From Piedraia hortae CBS 480.64 (lineage: Eukaryota): a DNA stretch of 30,780 nucleotides. The position numbers and the translations under genes were made by a program. Numbering within the stretch: position 1 is the stretch's first letter; every line of letters begins with the position of its first letter. The DNA is taken from NCBI GenBank assembly GCA_010093745.1, contig MU005996.1, positions 124,001 to 154,780 on the forward strand, written 5' to 3'. Under the pieces are notes generated by a model that was not told where the DNA came from, did not search any database, and worked only from the letters and a program-made list of their open reading frames with translations. Below, one piece after another: positions 20,529-30,738 of this stretch.

Positions 20529-20629
20529 CATGCAATTATCGTGCAGGTCAAATGTGAAATTTGCATGCTTTCAGTGTTTTCGTGCAAATATAACGTGAAA
20601 CTTGCATACATTAGTTGAAATTTGCATGC
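20529..20629. repeat. Cluster of TGAAA(T/C)TTGCAT(G/A)C motifs
   Basis: TGAAATTTGCATGC at 20555-20568 and 20616-20629, TGAAACTTGCATAC at 20596-20609, plus inverted partial copies (CATGCAATT ~20529, CGTGCAAAT 20581). Confidence 0.75.
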
Positions 20630-20829
20630 GTCACAAGTAGCTGCTTGAACTAGTATGAACGGAGAGGTTCAGATCGTGTCAATGTTTGTAGGCCCGCGGG
20701 TTGCTTCTTCGCACGCCATTGAGGATACAGGAATGACAGGAAGTGAGAGCAAGCGTTCAATATGCATACATTGCAGTATATACAAGACCAAATCAGAGCA
20801 GCTGAAGAGGGAAGAAGCTCCTGAGACCA

Positions 20830-21720
20830 AGGCTGTCCTGTCTTGGCCTTTTCAACCAACTATCAAATTCCTCGTTCACGTACTTCCTCTTATTTGTCGG
20901 CCTAGAGTACCTAATCGGCATTCGCTTCTTGACGTTCGACATGTCCAGGTCGATAAGGGCGTCATAAGAAACGAAGTAACCTCATGCTCTCAATTATGGA
21001 CAGTTTACCTTTCGGAGCGTACCTCTTGAAGTCCCTTCCGAGGGTCTTCTTGGCATTGGGTGTGTCCGACATCCAGAGATGCGATTTGCCGGACATCGCT
21101 TTCGAGATAAACTCGCCCCGGCTGATGTACCCGTACAGCCAGGGCTTGGTCTGCGGGTAGGTTGTTGCCATGTGTTCGACTTTAACCTTGAGGTTCTCGT
21201 ATGGCTGTTCAGGGAGGAACTCCAGGCAAGATGATCCCGAAAGTTCGTGGCTTCCAATAAATGAATGACCGAGCCGTTCTTGGCCACCGTGGTTACGCTT
21301 CTTTTAAAGTACACTTCGCAACAACGGAAGGAGTCATCCAGCGAAATCTCTTTGCTGCTTATCCAGCAATGGGCACGGAAGGCAAGCTCGAATCGTTTTA
21401 GCTTGGCCTGAGACTAGTCGTTCATGTTGCTCGGGTAGAGCTAGTAAATAATGTACGGATGTCTTACTGATATTGTTGTGTTGATCAGTTCGATTGTTTG
21501 CGCCTCCCGACCTGCACCGGCCACATTTCCAAGGCTCTGGACAGCACAGCAAAGTGATCCTGGGAATGCTTTCTGTCCCTCCCTTGAAGTGGTGGCCAGC
21601 ATGGGTATAGTGCAGCCCAGGGCCGTACTTTCTCTACTGCTCCCTTTCTGTACGTTCTCAGTCACCTTGCGATGGTGACCCGCGCTCACCTCTCCCCCCA
21701 CTGCAGCTTTCAAGATTGTT
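20830..21720 (-). mobile_element. Fossil transposase fragment, probably a Mutator-related DDE family with a CxxH motif
   Basis: Stitched frames read TIPMLATT...DHFAVL, YPSNMND*SQAKLKRFELA (stop 21416..21414), RCCEVYFKRSVTTVAKNGSVI (CEVY 21320..21309), a frameshift ~21225, TYPQTKPWL, DTPNAKKTLGRDFK and PIRYSRPTNKRKYVNE. This order resembles the DFS..GF..A / CxxHFKR / TNAxE / YxNDG pattern I recall from fungal MULE-like proteins. The call is from memory and unverified. Confidence 0.5.
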
Positions 21721-22917
21721 GGGCCTACAGGCTTTGAAGTCTGTGTCTCCCGAGTAAAGCGTTGGTATTACTGCATTTAGGAGACAAATCAAAGCTTCTT
21801 TGCAGCTGACGGTATAATTTCTCGGCTCCAACAAACTGGACACGCAGGTAGTGCTTGGTGCCGAAGCTTAATTCGCTTCTTCGTGTTTGGCAGCGTGGCT
21901 CCCCGCCCCGGGTTCTGCCTACACACAAGAAATCTAAAACCAAACAGTGCACTTTCGAGCAGAATGGTTCTCATCCCCCAGCCCAGTCAGTCACTGTACT
22001 AAGTGAGCAGAGATCGAAATCGATCATTCCGTTAAAAGAACGCGCCTGGCCGTACAGGCTGCGCTGGAGCAACTCTGATAAAGAAGCTCTGCATCATAAA
22101 CAGATTGTGCAGGTACAGCCGCCAGCGCGGATGGAGTGAAAGTGATCTAAAATCGCCGTTGGCATGAGCTACGTTGACAACGCCAACACGAGCGAAAGCA
22201 ATTAAAGCAATTGGAAAGTCAAGAGGCCGATCTGACAAAAGTCGACTTAAGATGCACGCGTTTCCAGGTCGCTGGCTCAGATGTGGATCATTGATCCGGG
22301 CGTTATTCCAAAATCTCCGAGCTGGTATCTGTGCGATGGGCTATGAAGTTTACCAAGGAGATATTCTGGCGATTAATGGCGCTGGGAGCTTCGCATGCAG
22401 CGACCAATGGAGACTCTGAAGATCAGTGAATCCCGTGTTGACGTTTGGGTTGGGGATGTGTTGAAACTTGTGTCTAATAGCCCGGCCGAGTATACCCTTT
22501 TTCACGGTGTCGAGGCCCAACTCGCACCGTTCACACGATACGGCCTCTTCCCTTGAGATTTTTCCTAGACTATTCATCATCACCTTCGTTGGGACCCGCC
22601 TTCCTCATCCAAAAAAAAAAAAAGGCACGGCAGAAACAAATGAACGGGCAACTATCTTCGTGCAGGACGCACAGACCTTGGCTTAGGGTCGAAGGAGACG
22701 GTCAATTTGGCCGCTGAGAATCGGGTGGTCTTGTCTGAAGGCTTCAATGCCTTCCCTCAAACACCTCATCCCTCTAAACCTAATTTCGCAAGGCCTGAGC
22801 CTCGCAATCTTCCAGGCACATACGAGCATGTGGAACGACGGTGTCAGCACGGTGCGGGGGAAAAAATGGAGTCCGCTAGAAGTTTGGACTACTAGAATGG
22901 CTTGCGTGCTGTGAAAG

Positions 22918-24330
22918 GTATGCTTCGGCCGACCCAGTTACAGTCTCTATGTGACTACGGTCAGTAATGCTAATATCTGGGGCCTTTCAGGAAAAACTAC
23001 ACCCTTTAAAGGATCCTTTTGCCACGGGTCCAAGAGCATCATCTGGTTTGCTGCTCTCTCGTCTTGGCCGTGTGGCCGCTATGGTTCGAAGTAGCCTCCA
23101 GCGCCGCGACACCTACAAAATCGCTTGTGTCACCAAGGGCACAGACCAGAACCTGCTAACACTCGATGTTAGCATTCGCTGGAACAGCACCTATGACTTG
23201 CTGAAGCGGGTGTTGGAAGAGAGGGAGGTTCTGGCAGCCATGCTCCGGCACCTGCGGCTCGAGGGCCACGAATCCAGCGACGAGGACTCGGCCAAGGTGG
23301 CCTCTGTCGTGACAGCTCTCCACCCATTTGACGTCGCCACCTCCGTTTCTTTCTGCGTCCAAGTATGCCACCTCGTCGCTCGTCCTCAACGCTTTCCATG
23401 GGACAGACAATCTCGTGTCCAAGCAAAAGGCCGCGAAGGCGGACCGGGATCTTCGGCGGTGCTTCAGCGCTATGCTGACCAAGCTGGACGAGTACAGCGC
23501 CAACACATCGTCCAAGATGTCGTTATTCTTGGCAATGATGCTGGATCCGATGTTCTGGTTCCGCAAAAATCGCATTGGCAACTGGGAAGTCGCCGCCTCG
23601 GAGGTACGGGACTGATTGAAACAGAAGTTGGAATCCACCAATTATACTCCGTCTATAATAGCGAAACGACAAACGATGCGACAGCTACGACCACGGCCAC
23701 CATCGCCACGGCCACCGACAACACCGGCCACGGCACGCCGACGTCCACACCCCAGCCGCAGCAGGAGCGGCGGAGCGGCGGATTCCGAGGGACGCCTCGT
23801 CCGCCTCGCCGGCACACCGGACGCACATAGGCATATCCTGCTCGGCAAGATGCCGGCCAACTGCACGCCTCAGTTCCCGTTTGGCCGGAGCAGTACCTTT
23901 TCGACACGGGAATACATCTCGTCCATCAGCAACCGTCGGGTTTACTTTAAGGAATCTTAATCTTCATCGCTAGATGTCAATACGCACTAGAACGTAATGG
24001 TAAGAAAGGAGGAACCCTCAGAGCTAGTCTCTGAGATCATCGGCTTTGAGGGGACCGGTAGCAGCATGTTCGAGGAAGAATCGCGGAAGCACAAGAATTT
24101 CCCGTCTGTTTTTTTCGACACGGACCCGGTCAAGTGGTGGAGGGACACTGAGGCTTGACTGTTCCTGCTCCTTGCCGCCATCGCGCGAGATGACCTGGCG
24201 ATTCCGGCAACCAGTACGTCTTGCGAGGGGGCTTTCTCATCCGGCAGGCTGGTAGTGCCATATACCAGGAACAGGCTGTCCGCTCAACGACTCGGGTATT
24301 CTTATGACTGTGAAAAGCTGAATCAAGGCA
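22918..24330 (+). mobile_element. Degenerate hAT-superfamily transposase
   Basis: LDVSIRWNSTYDLLKR (~23160-23210), L.PF..AT, a frameshift ~23345 into LSASKYATSS, AMMLDP, a stop at 23613-23615, and a C-terminal dimerisation domain DPVKWWRDTEA*LF..LAAIARDDLAIPATSTSCEGAFSSGRLVVPYTRNRLS (stop 24156-24158). Possible intron 22918..22990 (GTATGC...GCTAAT...TTTCAG). No TIRs found. Confidence 0.88.
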
Positions 24331-24624
24331 AAGCTTGTGGAATTTCAATCAGGTGGCTGGGCATTGCTGAACGAACCATCTTGCAAGAACGAGATCATAA
24401 TTATCCAGGTACATCCATGCAAAGGGACTGTGACAAGACGATGACACTGATTGTGTTCACCGAGTTAACTTGATATATACATAAGTAGAATATTATTAAA
24501 CTCACACCTTCTCTAGGTTTTCTAGAGTAGTTGCCTTGATTCTCATCCATTGATCCGAGCCACCCAGTCACCAAATAGTGCCCATTTCAACACTAATAAA
24601 TAAACACAGCAAAACCACTTCGAT

Positions 24625-25588
24625 ATGAGCAGCTCAGAAGAAACACCTGTCGTAACTGGCACAAAGCAAAAACAATCAATAGGAAGTTCAACGCCACTAC
24701 CCAAACGACCTGCAGGCCCCAAATCCACCTTCACCAGACGAGCAGCCACCTTCTGACCCCAATGCCCCTTTATCCACACCTCCCGAGCAGCCTGCAGACA
24801 CTGGCTTATATCTATCAGACTCGCAAGCCTCTTCTTCTTAAATCCACCACTGGTTAGCAAAAACCATCTGGGGCCCCAACACCTTCAATGTCCCCCCCTT
24901 CAGTGCCCCTAGGGAAAGGAACCTCACCCGAGGACCACGCAGGATCAGATGAGCCGGGTGAGTACGTCAACCCCAACAGTAAATCCTCCTACCTAACAAA
25001 ACAGTGGAGTTCCTTCCTCTCCCATCTACACAACTTCTGTGCCTCCCCCGCAACTATCAAGTTCAAGTATCTCATCCAGCTCAACTCTTGCGTCCAACCT
25101 CCCATCATACGCAGTGACGTATATTCTGAAGAAAAAGGCCGAGCATAGAATGGAAGTGAACATCTATCTTGCAGAGACATAGTCATCAAGTTATGAGGTT
25201 ATGGGCCGAAAGGCATTTGATTGAGAAGGGGTGTAGGGGGAAATTGGAGGAGGTGTCTGGAAATCATTCTGAAATGCAGGAGAAGATGGCTGGTATGATG
25301 AGGGAGTTTAGGGGGGAGGTTGGGAGGGCTATAACTTAGGAGTATAAGCAGGTGGTGATGAAGGTTGTGGAGGTGTTGGAGAGACGGGATGAGGAGCAGA
25401 TGAGGTTTTTGAGGGGTGTCGAGGAGAGGTTGGGGAAAGAGAATGGAGGATGTTCTCAGGATAAGATCAATGGGGCTGGTCAACACGAGGGGTGTTCTAG
25501 AAACAAGCCAGATGGAATGGGCATTATGGAAAGCAGGACCGGTTACCAAGACAAGCCAAATGGAACTGATACAGAGCACTTTACCTAA
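24625..25588 (+). pseudogene. Possible decayed gene of unknown family
   Basis: ATG at 24625 (MSSSEETPVV...), then protein-like fragments in shifting frames (PPSPDEQPPSDP, the 24888..25148 ORF, and the coiled-coil-like VVEVLERRDEEQMRFLRGVEERL in 25352..25588) separated by stops. C-rich 5' to G-rich 3' gradient. Confidence 0.3.
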
Positions 25589-25809
25589 TAGCGAGGGACA
25601 CTAAGTAGCATATTTCCCTCATATGCTATGTGGAGACTATGCAACCCGCTGCAAAACGATGGTCCTGACTATTTGTATGTTAAACTTTTGAAGTTTAAGC
25701 TGCGACAGGGGCTGATTCATATACAAATGTGTTGTGAATATGTGGTATATTGCGTGCATTATTAGTAATCGGTGCTCGGCTCTCGACTTGACGCGTCAAC
25801 TAGTTACCC

Positions 25810-25855
25810 GTAGAGACTTGTATGCATACTGGTACACATCTACTCACAATTATAA
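25810..25855 (+). repeat. Inverted repeat copy A (partner at 30739..30780)
   Basis: GTAGAGACTTGTATGCATACTGGTACACATCTACTCACAATTATAA matches the reverse complement of 30739..30780 at 40/42 positions plus one 4-nt indel. Confidence 0.9.
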
Positions 25856-25928
25856 CAAAATGTGATTCCCAACGTAGCGGATGGATCTTACCACGGCCCA
25901 AGACATCTCACAGTCTACCACAACAAGA

Positions 25929-27416
25929 TCACTCCTTCCCCTCCGCAGTAAAATCCCTCCAAGACCTCAAACCCAATACGCATCCCTCAACCCCTAAGGA
26001 TGATCCCTTACAAAATCCGTACAGATGCCCAGACACTTCCCCTTTGTTAAACTCCTTCTTCCTCCCAGCCAAGTCATCACAAAAGTCTCTATCCGCAATA
26101 ATACTCCTCGGAACCCAATGATCCTCATACGGGTCGGACCTGTCAAACGTAACTATTGGCTTCGGCCAGGACATTGTTTTCAATCTCTTACCTTCTAATA
26201 AATTCAGCGGAATGGAATCGGAGCAGAATAACCACGTTTTGAAGGTCAAGTTGCGCCACTCGAGAGCGTACATCCCGCAGTTGTTTGCGTTGAGGCCGTC
26301 GCCGGCAGTGTAGGAACGTGCAGTAGAGAGTAGTGTGCCAGCTTTGCGGAATTTGTCCATGCCGGTGACATTGTAGTCTGTGTGTCGGTGGACGATGCGC
26401 ATTTGGTTGCCGCTGTGGCTGTGGTTGAGGATTTCGATTATGCCGGTATCAACTTCATTTTGTTTGATCTTTTTGTGAGGGAAGGGAGGGGGTACTTATG
26501 TGACTCGTTGAGGTAGGTTTGGTTGTTTCTGGTGATGATAGGGTGGCCGAGTCGGAATCTTGTCCAGACTCTGTTGGAAGATAGTTGTTGCGTAGCGTAA
26601 TCGTTCTGGAAATTGAGTTGTTCGAATGATTTTTTCTGCTGCTCAGCAGCGAACTTATATATAAGGAGCTTTTTTGTTCAAACAATTTAAAATATTACTC
26701 CATTGCCCCACTGTCCTCTTTATCATGCCCTTTGAATATTTTGCTATACAGAATTTTCCATGTATAGTCTTTGTTATCAGGCCGAGGTATGGCAATGATA
26801 CTTCTCAACAACAGACTCCACTGCCGACGGGCATGTATACATTGTTGAAGACGAAGGGGCCGCCTAGGTATAGTTTTGAAGCGATGCGGACTGACTTTTG
26901 GCCATAAGGTGTCAAGTAGGCTACAGCATCAGCACGCATCAAAGCTGTATGGTTTGTGGTTTCGATGAGGTTCATTTTCTGTGCCCTTTGGGCGGATCCG
27001 GACTCGGCAAGGCCATTAGCAGTGTTCTCGCCCGTGAAAAGTTCGAAGTCGTTGAAGAAAATGTGTCCAAAATATATTTCTCAGAGATTGTAAGTGGTTC
27101 TGGGTGGGCCAGCTTGGCGCGTTTTGCATTCCCTTTGTCCGTGGAAAGTCTTAACCCGACAATAGCAGATAGTGATCCTATGTCCAAGAGAAAGATTGCA
27201 AGTATGCACATACAACCACACCTTCTCTTACATCTTTCTGTGGATTTGGTGCTTTCCTCTTCGTCTTTGTTATCATTCTTATGGTCATCTCGAACCTGAT
27301 AAAGATCGAGGCCTGGCTCTATCGTATACATAATCGTCTGTCTCCCATGTAGTGAGGTGTTGAGCACATGCAGCTGGATCTCCAGAGGTTGCTGACCCAC
27401 CTTTGACGCCTGTCAT
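25929..27416 (-). pseudogene. Possible frameshifted type II membrane protein gene, unknown family
   Basis: ATG at 27416, then consecutive same-strand open stretches in shifting frames: a charged segment, KRRC and a TM helix (CMCILAIFLLDIGSLSAIVGL), MNLIETTNHT..., YKFAAEQQKK..., and finally the 157-aa ORF 26402..25929, which is open upstream of its ATG. Confidence 0.35.
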
Positions 27417-28350
27417 TGGGAGTTTCGAATCAGGCGCATTGTACGAGAAGGCTTCCTTATCGCATTGATGCTCTTTTAGTCAACGTCGTGAGCTCACTCA
27501 CAGCTTCAACCTGGACGCAGGGCTGATCATGATGGTGCATGCTCAGTGTTACAGAAAGGCAGGATGAAGCATGGCCATTTCGCCGAATATCACGAGGACT
27601 TCACCGCTCTCACAGGGGTTGCCAGACTACGACGCATATTCATACCCAAGAGGCAGGCAGTCATCAGAGTCTGAGAGTGCCCCAATCCACGAAGGCCCAA
27701 GTGGCCGAATCTTGATGAAAAGTTGGGAAATTAGAAAGGACTACAGAGGTGGAGAGAGAAAGTGAAACGTGATGTATCGCGTTATGCGTGGCTTGCGCTG
27801 TCTAACGCCCAAAAGTCTCGGACACAAGCTCGTCAGGAGGTGTGATTCAATCACATAGTCCCAGAAACAAGATAAGATAAAGCTAACTGTGTGCCGGCCT
27901 TTAGGTCCATGATGCGCCAATACACGGGACAGCTGTCATTGTGACAGTTCAATGCTAACTACCAACTCGATGTCATCGGAAGTTTGGAGTCACCGGGTGA
28001 TCCAATGTCGGGCAGGAAATTCAATGTCAGCTCAATATTGCCCAGAGAATTCAATATCAGTTCACTAGTTATGTGTTGAATTACATGTTTCCAGGTATCA
28101 CAAGATAGAGCTGCAAATCACACCTTTGCGTAATTAAGACACACCTTGACCAAAATACACTCATCAATTGCCCTACTTCTACACAAGACAAAACAGGACA
28201 AAGACGAGATGGCGAGGGAGAAAAAGAACATGACCTTTTCGTTAAAGCAACATCCAGGCCTTTTCCGTGAGCTCAGAGCTCAAGGATCAACACTTTTGCC
28301 GCAAATTCATTACACATTACTCGTACTGTGATCATGCAAACTCATCAGAT

Positions 28351-29511
28351 CTAACCCAATGACGCCGACGCCGAAGTAGAAACAGGCGTACTCGTAGCCG
28401 TACCTTGTCTACTTTTCCTCCTCTTCCTCCTCTCCTCTTTGCTAAGCTGCCTATCCTTGACCTTTGTTGCATTACCGCTTGTGAAAGGCTGCGGCAAAAC
28501 CGTCCGCGATGACGCGGCTTTCTCTTTTTCCTTCTGTTTTTTCAATGCCTCTGCCGCCGTAGCAGCAGCTTCATCCGCCCTCTTCTTCTTAACGGCATTA
28601 AACGTAGACGTGAGCTTGAAATTCCACGGTTCACCAGTTATGGGGTTCTCGTCCATGTACTCCCCCTCGTACTGGCCACACATGCGTAGCGTCTGAGCAA
28701 TTAGGCCATCCTGCCAAGCCTCGTCGTCATCGTTCGCCGCCGCCGCCGCCGCCGCCGCCGCAGGAGCGTCTTGTTGTAAAGGATTCACAGAGGAGGAGCG
28801 CTGCGATCTTTCGTCTGCACCAGCGAGATCTACGACGCCGTCCTTGCCGTTCTTCTTTCCCTCATCGGTCAGATACGTGTGCCCTTTGGTAGGCGAGAAC
28901 CTCGGCAAGCTGCGCGCTTTGGTGTAGAAGGCGTTTAGACTAGTCATGACGCCCAGCATGCGGTTCTCCACTACGTCCGCAACTGAAGGCGCCTTGTAGA
29001 CGTTCTCTCCAACTATGTAGTACGTTTCCAGAATGTCTGTTTCGGGAAAGGGATTGTCTGGGTCGGGGCGCCGATCTTGGACTATACGGTCTTGTTTCCG
29101 AATCACCCAAACGCCTGCGGTTGGTGCTGGGGCGCCTGGGGTGCCTCCCGCGGCGATGAACTTTGTGCCATTAGCACCTGGTCCAGTCTTCTTTACTTGG
29201 ATGGGCTCCGCTGCGCCCGCAATAATGTACTCTGTACCGACTTGCTTGCGCAGCGCCGCCTCAAACGCGTCGCGGTCATGGACGCGGTTCCATGAGGCAA
29301 GATCGCTGGTCGCTTGGGAAAATGCGGCACCGTTCTTGGTGGTGAAGTCGAAGAATTGCAGCTCTGAGAGGTAGTGGTGCACGAAGCGGTCGTCGCTGGG
29401 CCACGAAGGATTGGGGAATCCGTGGCTATGGGGGAATCCGGTCACCCACCAATGTACCACCTCCGGGCGGGAAATGACAATTTCGTCGTCCGGTTCGGGG
29501 GCCTTGGACAT
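28351..29511 (-). CDS. MED6: Mediator of RNA polymerase II transcription subunit 6
   Basis: ATG at 29511 (MSKAPEPDDEI), FFDFTTKN, FEAALRKQVGTEYII, GVWVIRKQDR, TYYIVGENVYKAPSVADVV..RM, PRFSPTKGHTY, EYMDENPITGEP and a basic C-terminus. Confidence 0.92.
   Translation of the reverse strand: MSKAPEPDDEIVISRPEVVHWWVTGFPHSHGFPNPSWPSDDRFVHHYLSELQFFDFTTKNGAAFSQATSDLASWNRVHDRDAFEAALRKQVGTEYIIAGAAEPIQVKKTGPGANGTKFIAAGGTPGAPAPTAGVWVIRKQDRIVQDRRPDPDNPFPETDILETYYIVGENVYKAPSVADVVENRMLGVMTSLNAFYTKARSLPRFSPTKGHTYLTDEGKKNGKDGVVDLAGADERSQRSSSVNPLQQDAPAAAAAAAAANDDDEAWQDGLIAQTLRMCGQYEGEYMDENPITGEPWNFKLTSTFNAVKKKRADEAAATAAEALKKQKEKEKAASSRTVLPQPFTSGNATKVKDRQLSKEERRKRRKSRQGTATSTPVSTSASASLG
28735..28761. repeat. (CGC)9 trinucleotide microsatellite encoding poly-Ala in MED6
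   Basis: Pure CGC repeat seen directly; translates to PAAAAAAAAAND on the minus strand. Confidence 0.9.
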
Positions 29512-29822
29512 GGTGTTTTGAATGCGACTTTGTGGCGGCGTTTGTGGAGACGTTCCGGAAGTGTGGGTTGACACCTTCTAGAATGTGGAAAACGTGGGGA
29601 AAATCTGGGGAGGATTTGGCCAATAGGAGAATTGAAAACATGATGGACAATCCAGGAGGTTCGATGGGAGTGGGCCTTTACTATGGCCCTCGTATGATAC
29701 AAGACTGCCAGCGGCCTGATGCCTAGATTCAAAGCTCCAGTCGAGTTCTACAAATAGGCGCCATTAGGAAACTTCATCAACACCTCATACTCCAAACTTG
29801 TGCCTGACCACGGCGGCTGCTC

Positions 29823-30735
29823 TCAAGCCATCGCGTTGACCACAAGAGGCTTGACCAAGATGGCCATGTACGCTTCCAGATCCACATTGCTGCAAAGCAT
29901 GTCTTCCGTCCGGAAGTGCAGCTGCGGTCTCCCGCGCAGCAGGGCGAACGCGCGCTCTGAGATGGACAGGAGACCATAAGCCTGCTTTGCCCACACGTTC
30001 GCTTGCGCAGTGGTGTGAAGGTCCATGGTCTCAGCGAGGGTGATGCCCTCGTTCAGATAGTAGCACGCACGAGCGTAGAGGGAAGCGTTAGCATAGTAAA
30101 TATGGAGGAAGTAAGAAGTCAAGACAGACACGAGGTTGGGAGAGTCGATAAACTCCGTGTCAAGTCCGCGGTGGTAGAGGCATTCTTCAAGGAAGACCTC
30201 CGCCGTAGGAGTCCTCATGGGGTGGAGATGACACACTGTCGCCGCGCAGAGCGAGCAGATGAATACATAATCGGAGACAGGCCAGGCGAAGACTGTGGCG
30301 TAGAGTGCTGGGGAGAGCCAGTAGGTGACATCGACGACTGGTATGAGGTGGTAGAAGTGTTGGAAGAAAATATTGACATAAGTGAAGAGGCAGGAGCCGG
30401 CGAATCGGTAGGAGCTCAAGGGAGGGCTAAGGGGGGAGGGGAGGTTGTCCAAGGGATGTAGTCCCGCAGCTAGACTTGTAGAAGATGATATATTATCTGC
30501 TTCATAAGGATGTGTGTAGGTGGACCAGTCGATATCCACAACAAGCGGTTCCTCACAGCATTTTGGTATAGCTTCCGCTGGCCTTGCGGCAGGAGAAGGT
30601 TCGATTCGACCAGCTGTAGCAGTATCTTCGATACGACGTAGATCACGCAGCACGCGAGCTGAGCGAAGTCCCTTGGGGCCCTTTTTCTTTGACGGCTGGA
30701 GATAGGCACACCTGATCCCGGCCTTTTTGCACGGA
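29823..30735 (-). CDS. Zn(II)2Cys6 transcription factor (MAL63/Suc1/AmyR-like); 5' exon lies beyond the window end
   Basis: After a putative acceptor (GCTCAC...ATAATAG, ending 30736) the exon reads PCKKAGIRCAYLQPSKKKGPKGLRSARVL, the last two Cys and linker of a Zn cluster. It is in frame with the 276-aa ORF carrying a Fungal_trans-like region (FFQHFY.LIPVV, SVLTSYFLH, YYLNEGITLA...LH, LLSISERAFALLRGRP). Confidence 0.85.
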
Positions 30736-30738
30736 CTA

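Noticed and set aside
20529..20629. Repeats as a CRISPR-like array or POU octamer sites
   Set aside because: Eukaryotic context, short repeats with irregular spacers; POU factors are animal proteins.
22611..22623. A13 tract as a retroelement tail
   Set aside because: No RT fragment or TSD nearby; a simple homopolymer.
24330..24540. Terminal inverted repeats or TSD for the hAT fossil
   Set aside because: No convincing matching end found by eye upstream of the transposase.
27571..28331. Small plus-strand ORFs and a short imperfect direct repeat (AATTCAATRTCAGYTCA, ~28018 and ~28049)
   Set aside because: No motifs, short, and compatible with chance or local slippage.
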